Positions 54,487 to 64,000 of a DNA stretch of 64,000 nucleotides are shown here, piece by piece. Where the stretch lies: assembly GCF_018977255.1 (NCBI RefSeq), contig NW_024704742.1:105836001-105900000 (forward strand). Reading direction: 5' to 3'. Within the stretch, counting starts at the first letter, position 1; each line of letters begins with the position of its first letter. The notes beneath the pieces were generated by a model, which saw only the letters and a program-made list of their open reading frames with translations, was not told the origin of the DNA and searched no databases. This DNA is from Callorhinchus milii. Taxonomy: Eukaryota. A program made the position numbers and the translations under genes.

Positions 54487-54805
54487 ATAACATAACATAA
54501 CATAAAATGTAGGAGCAGGAGTAGGCCATTCAGCCCTTCGAGCCTGCCCCGCCATTCAATCTTCTAATCTAACTCCAGCTAATAACCTAACCCTGCCTTA
54601 TTCCCATATCCCTTAATCTCTGTTGCAATAAGAAATCTATCTATCTCAGTCTTGAATATGTTCAAGGACTGAGCGTCAACAGCCCTTTGGGGTAGTGAGT
54701 TCCATATATTCACCACCCTTTGAGTGAAGAAGTTCTTCCTCAACTCAGTGCGAAAGGGCTGGCCTCTGATTTTAAGGTTGCGACCCCTGGTTTTAGTTTC
54801 ATGCC
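54487..54805 (-). mobile_element. CR1 LINE 3' fragment
   Basis: ggagcaggagtaggccattcagccc 3'UTR and tgagtgaagaagtt (minus strand NFFTQRVV); (taaca)n at the tail. Confidence 0.88.
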
Positions 54806-55919
54806 AATATTATCAATGTAATTGAACATAAATATTTTAGATATTTTAGAATTGCCACTGTAATTACTACTTGGAAATTGTTAACGAATAAAAGTTTAAC
54901 ATCTCCCCTATTTATTGTTCTAGTTTGTCTCAAATTTAATTTTGACACTGATTGCGTACATTAAATAAAACATTTGGAGAAGAAAACAACAACTGAACAA
55001 CTGAATATCTCCCTTTCAATAAATGCTCCTCCCTTGGCTCCATCACTCTTGTCATGTCTTAAGTTACAGACAATTTGTTTGTTGTAATATGTAATCTCCA
55101 CTTGTGGTTCAGAACAGAATCAGCAGCTAATGTTAATTCCACGCTGGGCTCATGATCCAGTGCATAACACTCCTGGAAGGAATACGCTTTAACCTCGCTT
55201 CCCCTGAGGCACATCTCAGTGATGCCAGTAATCTGGGGTATCAGGAATCATTTGACAGGTTGAACCTACAAGAAGTTCAGAATTCATAGTTAAATCAGGA
55301 AACGTTAGATAGTGAATATGCCTTCAAATACACTGTCATGTTTAACAGTGAAAGTCTGATTATTTTACAGAATATTAGCCACCGAAGCCCAAAGTGGGAG
55401 AGTGCATCTTTAGCAGAACTCAGCTATTGATATCCTTATAGGGGAGAGCTGGTTGGGGAGTACCATGCGTTCTCATGAATTATTGACGTTGTCTTCTTGG
55501 CTCTGAAGATAACTCACAATTTGTCAATCTACCGTACAGGTATAGACAGAATTGGAGTATAGGTTGATAAATAGCGTGCTATCTTAAGTACTGAGAAGAC
55601 AAATGACAATAAATCAGTTGAGAAAGCTCAACTATGATGTTTTCCAACTACTTCTATTGTTTGAAGGTGCTAAAGCTGCAAACATCCAGCTCCTCAGCAT
55701 GGTAATCACACACAAGCTACACTGGGGCGAAACAGGTGACAAAGATAGTAATCCCACAGAGCCAGTAGATGTGAGGAGTGGTAGAGTGAGGATGCTCAAG
55801 AAAACTCAACTTACTTATCATAGTCAACCACCTGAAAGCTTATGTCTGTACAATGATAGAACAGCGCAGTCCAGTTTGGTAGACAGTAGCAAAAATGGAT
55901 CCCATCTTCTGGATGATAT

Positions 55920-56185
55920 TGTGCCAAAGCTGTACCCTGGGGTCAACCCATACCCAAGTTTTGATAAAGGAGACATGAACTGGAAGAATTACAAACCAGC
56001 TAATTTAAAATCTCTAGGGAAATTGTTGAAGAAAGTTGTGTGAGTCTTTAACTGGAAAGCAATATGGGCTTTAAGGAGTCGTCAGACTGAATTTGGAAGC
56101 AATGGTCTCACAAATCTACTGAAAATATATTTTAGTGGAGGAAGGTTATGCCATGTACACTATTTAGAAATTCAGAATACATCAA
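55920..56185 (+). mobile_element. Old CR1 reverse-transcriptase remnant (further pieces about 57150-57380 and 57950-58210)
   Basis: P.FDKGD..NYKPANLKSLGKLLKK resembles PIFKKG..NYRPVSLTS..GKLLE; a later piece ends ctgctgataacaccaa (ADDTK-like). Confidence 0.65.
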
Positions 56186-59100
56186 GCTCTAAATTGTGGC
56201 TGCTGCGTTCGCCCACAAAATACAGTCATTCTACTTCATAATATATCATGTGAAGCACTATGAGACGGCCTCCCCATATGAAATGTAAAGATTATTATTA
56301 TTTATAGTCCACTTTTTATATTAATATTAACACTTTTCCAGGGTTGATCTACCTATGGGGGCGGAGGGGCAAGGGCAGGTGGAATGCCATGCGCTTGCAC
56401 ACCAAATAAATGTACTGTTGGTGATCAAATGATCAAGGCACAAAGGTTATGTTGATCATCACCAGTTAATTTTTGGCATTCAGTTGTCCTAGAAAGATCA
56501 TTCTTGGGAAAGCAAAACTAAAGAAACAAACCCTGGAGCTTCACGTGATGCCTAAAATTTACAAAATAAAATAATTTGTGAGTCATACCAAAATGGGGAC
56601 ACTGGGACCCTGAGAGGAAACATGCCGCTTACTAGGGGTGCAGTGCTACCTGCTGATGTTCCTTAATATTCTTTAAATAAACTAAGGAACACAAAATTGA
56701 ATACCACAATTTTTACTCAGTCTATTACTATTTACCCTTTTATAAACATTCTATAATCATAATAATCCATGGCACTATTTTGAAAGCGAAGGGAGTGAAA
56801 CATACAATTGGCCATTCATTTAATGGCTGTTTGTGGGCCATTGTTGTGCGCAAATTCACTGCTGGGTTCACCTACAAATACACAGTCACTACACTTAACA
56901 GAATAATCCTGTGAAGTGGTTAATGACAATGGTAAAAGGGTAACAATTGCAAAGATCATTTATTATTAATATTATAATCATGTCATCCATTAACCTTCTC
57001 AACCCTAGTGAAGAAATTGTGAATTACTTAATTCTCTTTTTATAACTGTAACCCCTCATCACTGGTATCATACTAGGGAATCTATGCTTCACCTTTTCCT
57101 TTGCTTTTATATCCTTCCAATAACTAGGTACCCAAAGTGGGCTGATTCTCCATTTAATGGTATTAAAAACATTAAGACTCATGGAGTTAATAACAAATTA
57201 GTCACTCTGGACGGATTTAAATCTGACTTAGCAATAAAAATTAAAAGGTGCTGATAAAAGGAAAATGTCTGTTGTGGCCATGACAAGCAGAATTCTGCTG
57301 TTCCTGTGTCATTATTTATTCATAAATAATATGGAGAAGAGCACTTCCACTAACATTAATATATCTGCTGATAACACCAACCAGCCGTGTAACCAGGCTT
57401 CTAATATAAAATAAATTGGTAGCTATTAAACTGGTACCTCTGGAACTCCCTTCCTCAATCCCTCTGCCTTTCCTCCTCTTTGCCATCTTCAGATCGCACC
57501 TGAAGACTTTCCTCTTTGACTGTGCCTGCGGTCACCACCCCTTTCTTCCTGGTTTGCTGTCAAACTAAACCATTATTCAGTGCTCTGAGATGCTAGCCCG
57601 CATGGCATGCTATATAATTACAAGTCATTATTATCTTCCACAGTTCTTGATAAGTTTTCTATATTAGGACAGAATTTAAGAATGTTTTCATAATTCTATG
57701 CCCCAAAGCAAAATAGTTTTATAAACTAAGACTAGGTGGAACACTCTGGGATGCTACCCTGCATGAGGGGTGTAATATAAAAGTAAGTTGTTGTCGTTGA
57801 GCTTCCGTCCTCTGGACTATTGAGAAGTTACACTTAGTAAACAGTGGATATATTTTTGTATGGATAGATATAACGCAACATACATTGGAACAGGAAACAT
57901 GAAACCCATTTACTGTATACAGTGAATTGGAAAAAATCAGATTGAGAGGAACACGATCCAGATCATTAAAGTGATGGAAGGTTTGGATAATGAGATGTAA
58001 TCGCGTTATTTAACTTAATCAGCCATTGTAGAACCAGAAGGACATGAACAGAAAACTGATAAGCCTCAAGTGAGAACTCTAGATTAAAGGATTGTTTTTC
58101 ATAAAGTGATGGGTGCATGAAATAATCTCCCATTAGAAGCAGTTAATGTTGTGTTGACAAACTTTTAACAAAACAGGTTTAGAGGTTGTAAGGATAAGCA
58201 TGGATGATGAAATGTTCTCTGTAACATAATGGTTCCTGTGCTTTTGGGACTATGGGTGGCTCACTGATAGATCGGAATAATGAGATTCATAAGTGTGTGT
58301 TGCAGGCTTGATTCATATGCTGGGGCTGCCTTATCTGCATTGGAGATCAGGGAGAAATTATAGAGCTTTATCATCACAAATGTATTTGCCATTGTTTACT
58401 TTCCTCAAGAGGTTGAGTTGGTTCAGTAGAGTCCTTGATGCCGCTAATTGTACGGGAATCTGTGGGCAGTGACTTTCTATTGTTCCTTACTGCCTGATGT
58501 TGTTAGGAAAATGGCCCTACCAAGTACTATCTAATTGCATGGCTTCTGAGCTGTTTTAAGAAGAGCATGCATTATTGTTAAAACAGTGTCTCCTGCTTTG
58601 TCTCAGTACTGGGAATTATTATTATTAATAATATTAATAATAATAATATTGATCCTGAAATGCTGTACTCTGTCCAGCACCTTGGGACGTCCTCCCGACG
58701 TGAAAGGCGCTATACAAATGTAATCTTGTTGTTATTGTTGTTGTTGATCCTTGCATTTGATGTAGTGCGTTATCACATTGTTAAAACGTCTCAAAGTGCT
58801 TGAAAGATATACTGTAAAGTGGATTGACTGTGTATTGACATAGATCTCAATGATATATTTTATGAAGGTACATGATAATCTAGTGGATGTGATCTACAGC
58901 ATTACACTCCAGAAGTTTGCAGGTTTGAATCTGATCCATGCTGTGTTTCAGCCAGGGCAGCAGTTTTGAGTCTACAGTGGATTCAATATTCTTGGGTTAG
59001 AGAGGAGAGAATCAGCCTGGCTGCCACTGCTCATGGCTATGCATAGATTCCTGCAGGAAGGAGTGGGTGGAACATTGAGCAAGGACAAACTTGGTCTTAG

Positions 59101-59532
59101 ATTGGAATATCCCTGATGCAGTCTAAGAGCCCACAAACAATTACAAACCCCGATGATCCGTTGAATGAAGTACCAAAGGCACTTGGAGCTCATAGATCAA
59201 TGGCCCAGTAGAAGGAACGTGGACTTAAATGCCTCCAGAAGACAAAGAGGGACTAAAAGTGGAGGAAATAAATCAGCAAAGGAAAAAAAGATATATTTTA
59301 TTCCCGGACATCTGGATTTTTCAAGCCGTGATTGTAATTACAGGAAGTTCTTTGATGTTTTCTTTTTTTAATGTTTTCTTCTCCCCCCCGACCCCAGCTC
59401 GGGTCTGAAATGCTATACACTGTACAGCGCCTTGCGAAGTCCTCCTGAAGTGAAAGGCGCTATACAAATGTAATCTTGTTATTGTTGTTGTTTTGACTCA
59501 CTCATTTCATCACTTTTTCTTTCAATTCATTT

Positions 59533-60254
59533 TCTCTGTGCAACAAAAAGATTCTGCAAAAATGTATTAGTCAGATAGTTTAATGGTTAGAAACTGACAA
59601 ACAAGACTGCAACATAAATACCATATGTATCCTGGTAGCAATGTATTATAGAAAAAACAAGGTATAATTGGGCCCAGATATGTTATAAGAACTAGTGGTG
59701 TTTGTGGGTTACGAAGCTTTAATACTTATTTTCCATAATTCATAATGCTGTGTTTAAAATCCTTCTCCTTGTTATTGTTTTTGCTATCTCGTTTATTTAC
59801 TGTGAAATACTATCCACTTTCCTCTTGCTGAGATTTTATCCTCCTCATCGCTTTATATCTTTCCCCAAGTTTGACTCTCATGTATTTATTGCCCCTCCTT
59901 TTCTCTCCTGGATTCTGTCACTGTGCTCCATTTTCCCTGGTAGAGAAATCCCTGTTGTGAACAGTGAGCCACCTCAATATAGAACAATACTCTAAAGGCG
60001 TTGACCTGCAGTGACCTGCAACATCAGCTGTAATAAATCCCTCTCTGTGCAACAAAAGATTCTGCAAAACGTACATTAATGAGTCAGGTACTTTAACAAT
60101 TAGAAACTAACAAACCTAGACTATAATATAAATATCAATACCCATCCTGATAGCAATGCATTACAGAAAAAATAGTTATAATTGGGCCCAGACATATTAT
60201 AAGGACTGACAGTCTATTTGGGTTATGAAGCTTTATTACATATATTCCATGATT
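59533..60254. repeat. Imperfect ~210-bp direct duplication (59533-59740 and 60042-60254)
   Basis: Colinear blocks tctctgtgcaacaaaa..gattctgcaaaa, ttagaaact, tagcaatg, tataattgggcccaga, gaagcttt in both copies. Confidence 0.9.
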
Positions 60255-60833
60255 TGTTTTTTCACAACATCCAAAATGGCCATATTTTGATTTGCTTGCA
60301 TTAAGTCCCTTTCAGAAAATGCTCACAGAAATTCTACGCCTAAAAGAAATTTTAAATAACTTGTATTTTTATACCTTTCAAGACATCTCTAAGTACATCC
60401 CAGGTAATTACTGTCAAGTGTCTGTATTAATAGGCAAAACCGAGAAACATAACATCCTGACCAGAACATCAGCAGCTTTAACAATTAAATACTTTGATTT
60501 ATTCTTTCCCAGACCTCAAAGTTGCAGAACTTCTTAGCCATCCCATCAGGCTTCCTTCCTACAATCCGCAGTCTTTTAACACAAGTTTGACATTAATAAA
60601 TCACTCCTTCTTGAATGAACTCTCTCCTACTTCTCTTATCCTTGGTGTCCTGTGCTATAAGCCTCGACTCTTCAACTTGGTTGATCAATTGCAAAAAGTA
60701 GCTTAATAATAATAATAATCCTTGCATTTGATATAACGCCTTGCTTTAACGATTAAGCTACAGGACTCCACTTAACTCACTTATGCGAAGGGACCAGGCA
60801 CCCAGCCATAAGGTGATTTGATTTATTCACATC

Positions 60834-61030
60834 TACAACGACAACAACAAGATTACATTTGTATAGCGCCTTTCATGTCGGGAGGATGTCCCAAGGTGCT
60901 GGACAGTACACAGCATTTCAGACCGAGCTGGGGTCAGCGAGGGAGAAGAGAGGGGAGGGGAAGGGTGGTGACTGATGGCATGGTCGAAGAGGAGGGTTTT
61001 GAGGTGGGACTTGAAGGAGGAGAATGTGAA
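60834..61030 (-). mobile_element. Young L2 3' end
   Basis: Reverse complement of the 35730-35910 L2 end, with a (caa)n tail. Confidence 0.92.
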
Positions 61031-61239
61031 GGGAGGAGCAGAGGGAGGCCGTGCGGGAGTCGAGGAAGGATAGGAGTCAGGGCAGGAGGAAAGAGAGGAG
61101 GGTTGAGCGGAAGTAGTGGAGGGAAGGGGACGGAGTCGGGAACATCTTGGGGAAGCAGCTCGGGTCAATTGCGGCAGCCAATGTGCACACGCTGAGACTA
61201 AGTGCGGACAGGAGTGTTCAGCGAGCCGTGGTTAGCCCG

Positions 61240-61378
61240 CTGGGCTGGGCAGGGCAGGGCTGGGCAGGGTTGGGTTGGGCTGGGCTGGGCTGGACTGGGC
61301 TGGGCAGGGATGGGCTGGGCAGGGTTGGGTTGGGCTGGGCAGGGCTGGGCAGGGCTGGGCAGGGATGGGCTGGGCAGG
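61240..61378. repeat. Pentamer array (GGGCT/GGGCA/GGGTT)n
   Basis: Directly visible; about 27 units. Confidence 0.97.
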
Positions 61379-61509
61379 TGAGGCTCAGTGAGGAGATGTG
61401 GGCAGTGACGTCTTCCCAGTGAGTCCTGGCCTCGAGATTCAAATGAGGCGGGCGGGATGAAATCACACGGCAGCGGTTACTGATTGGCTGAGCCTTCAGA
61501 GAGTCTGGG

Positions 61510-62572
61510 ATGGTGGCGCGGGCACTGTTGGTGGAGAGGTCGTCGTTGGTGGCGCGGGCGCTGTTGGTGGTGCGGGCGCTGTTGGTGGAGAGGTCGATGT
61601 TGGTGGAGAGGGCGCTGTTGGTGGAGAGGGCGCTGTTGGTGGAGAGGGCGCTGTTGGTGGAGAGGTTGTTGTTGGTGGCGTGGGCGTTGTTGGTAGCGCA
61701 GGCACTGTTGGTGTCATGGGCGCTGTTGGTAGAGAGGTCGTTGTTGGTGGCGCGGGCGCTGTTGGTGGAGAGGGCACTGTTGGTGGAGAGGTTGTTGTTG
61801 GTGGCGTGGGCGCTGTTGGTGGCGCAGGCACTGTTGGTGTCGTGGGCGCTGTTGGTAGAGAGGTCGTTGTTGGTGGCGCGGGCGCTGTTGGTGGAGAGGG
61901 CACTGTTGGTGGAGAGGTTGTTGTTGGTGGCGTGGGCGCTGTTGGTGGCGCAGGCACTGTTGGTGTCGTGGGCAATGTTGGTGGTGCAGGCGCTGTTGGT
62001 GGCACGTGTGCTGTTGGTGGAGAGGTCACTGTTGGTGGTGCGGGTGCTGTTGGTGGAGAGGTCACTGTTGGTGGCTCAAGCGCTGTTGGTGGCATGGGCA
62101 CTGTTGGTGTCGCGGGCGCTGTTGGTGGTGCAGGCGCTGTTGGTGGCGCGGGCGCTGTTGGTGGAGAGGTCACTGTTGGTGGCACGGGCGCTGTTGGTGG
62201 CGCGTGCACTGTTGGTGGAGAGGTCACTGTTGGTGGCGCGGGTGCTGTTAGTGGCGCGGGTGATGTTGGTGGCGCGGGTGATGTTGGTGGCGCGGGCGGT
62301 GTTGATCACGCGGGTGCTGTTGGTGGAGAGGTCGCTGTTGGTGGCGCGGGTGCTGTTGGTGGAGGGGGTGCTGTTGGTGGAGAGGTCTTTGTTGGTGGCG
62401 CGGGCGCTGTTGGTGGCGCGGGCACTGTTGGTGGCGTGGGCGCTGTTGGTGGCATGGGCGCGGTTGGTGGCGCAGGTGCTGTTGGTTGTGCGGGCGCTGT
62501 TGGTGGCACGGGCGCTGTCGGTGGCGCAGGCGCTGTTGGTGGCGCGGTTGCTGTTGGTGGCGTGGGCGCTGT
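61510..62572. repeat. 18-bp GC-rich minisatellite (consensus CTGTTGGTGG[C/A]G[C/A]GGGCG), about 59 units
   Basis: Six-residue periodicity in all reading frames (LLVARA, GGAGAV, RGRCWW; minus PPTAPA). Confidence 0.98.
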
Positions 62573-62816
62573 AGGTGTGGACCAGCGGAGGTGGTGAGTT
62601 CCTCACGAGTCCCTCCGCACCGCACCAGATAGCCTTGGGCCCTGCACTGGGACTTGTCGCTGCTCGGAGTGTCTAATTCTGCTCCAGTGAGTTCCACAGA
62701 CCTCGAGGCAGCTTCATGGTGGGTTCTTCCACCTCAATGAGCTACAATGAGACACTTTATGGATGGAAATACATTCTAATGAGTGCTGAGACATGACATC
62801 ATATGTAAGTGGCATC

Positions 62817-63030
62817 AAACAACAACAACTACAAAATGACATTTGTAAAGTGCCTTTCACATCGGGAGGACGTCCCAAGGCGCTGAACATTCGGGGGATC
62901 AGGACCCGAGAGTGACGGGGGGAGAGTTGGGATGATGGAGGGCAGAGAGTTGAAAGGAGGGTTTTGAGTCGTATCTTGAAGGAGGCGAGGGAGGGAGCAA
63001 GGCAGAGGGATTGTGTGTGATGGAAAGGAT
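62817..63030 (-). mobile_element. L2 3' fragment
   Basis: (caa)n tail, gcctttcacatcgggaggacgtcccaaggcgct, and minus-strand LAPSLASFKIRLKTLL. Confidence 0.88.
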
Positions 63031-64000
63031 GCAAAACAGGGGTGAGACACAAACTTGTGTTGTTTGTAAAAGTCAAATGAGTTATTAAAATACACAAAAC
63101 ATCTCATGGAAGTAAATTTGTCATTTCCAACCTGGCTTGCAACGTTATTTGAAGAAAGTTTAAAAAATATTCTGGAAGTATTAATGATTCTTGCATGTGA
63201 TTTAGTATCTTATCACATTGTTGAAATGTTTCTGAGCTTCCCGGAATTTACTGTAAAATGTATATCTGCAAGCAGACAGAGCAGACAATTTTGCAAACAG
63301 CAATGTTCACAAACAGCCATGAAATGAACGACCAATTTTACCTGGAGCATTGTTAGCCAGGATACTGAGGCAAACTCCCTTCTATTTTTGAATTGTGCTG
63401 CGGGATCTTTAATATCCACTTGATCAGGAGATGCGATCTTGGGTTAAAGTCTCATCCAGAGGATTACTAATAAAAGGGTGTCAAGACAGGTAACAATGGC
63501 ACAGACTCAAAGGGCCCAACATCATTGTTTTATGGTGAATATTTCTGTTTCTAATAAACTTGTCCAGTTCAGTTGAATGAGGCAACAGCCAGGAATTTAT
63601 TGGTTCAAGTTCAAATTTGGTTCCGTTGTCTTATAAAATTTTAGATTTCTCTTTTTTTAACAAATATGATCCCAAACATGAAAACTGTGGGTGCTGAGCC
63701 ATGTTTTCTTTTAAGTTAGCACAACATTTTCAGTGGTTCAGTTTTGCTTTCACAATTGATGGATTTGAGTCTGGTTGGGTGAACAGAAATGCATAAGAAA
63801 TTCCCAACTAAGGTCACTTCAGTCTATCCCAGTCATAGGTTGATGTGTTTGTTATTGAACTAAAAGCAACCAGAAATTGTTGAATGTCCTAGCTGTCAGC
63901 TGCTTTGAGGATAATTCTTTGTAATTGAGACATTGATCTGGGAATTTGGCCAGAGGAGTCACTAGGTACAAGAAGATGTGTCATTGTCCTATCTATTACC

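Noticed and set aside
55603..56043. 146-aa ORF as a gene
   Set aside because: Only the end resembles decayed CR1 RT; the rest looks like a chance open frame.
61484..62697. Long ORFs (354, 305, 243 aa) as protein genes, or the array as a CRISPR
   Set aside because: Products of a stop-poor 18-bp tandem repeat; no unique spacers, cas genes, signal peptide or exon structure.

Overview
AT-rich vertebrate genomic DNA, not prokaryotic. The repeat content (CR1 LINEs with ATTCTATG/TTCCTATG tails, L2 LINEs with (GTT)n tails, tRNA/Deu-type SINEs) points to a cartilaginous fish; this is inference. The only host gene I can support is ephrin-A5 (efna5) on the + strand: coding exons 2-5 at 4900-5192, 19717-19782, 20157-20237 and 23404-23525, all with GT-AG boundaries and consistent phases, and a long 3'UTR to about 26.0 or 27.4 kb. 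Exon 1 lies upstream of the window. The remaining ~36 kb is gene-free and holds LINE/SINE fragments and candidate enhancers. Most notable unexplained structures: (1) a 40-bp hairpin in intron 2 whose only deviations are G-U wobbles on the sense strand; it appears to belong to an unclassified, highly structured dispersed repeat family (pieces near 1, 5.5k, 12.2k, 31.6k, possibly 55.2k), one copy of which sits in a TTAGGG-containing minisatellite; (2) a ~1.9-kb composite element with an L2 tail, G-rich pentamer array, promoter-like cassette and 18-bp VNTR; (3) a young CR1 nested in an antisense CR1 and truncated at the homologous point; (4) a duplicated Harbinger-type Myb/SANT fossil; (5) Rbfox motifs flanking the efna5 cassette exon. 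Repeat family names come from recalled consensus features, not database searches, and repeat boundaries are approximate.
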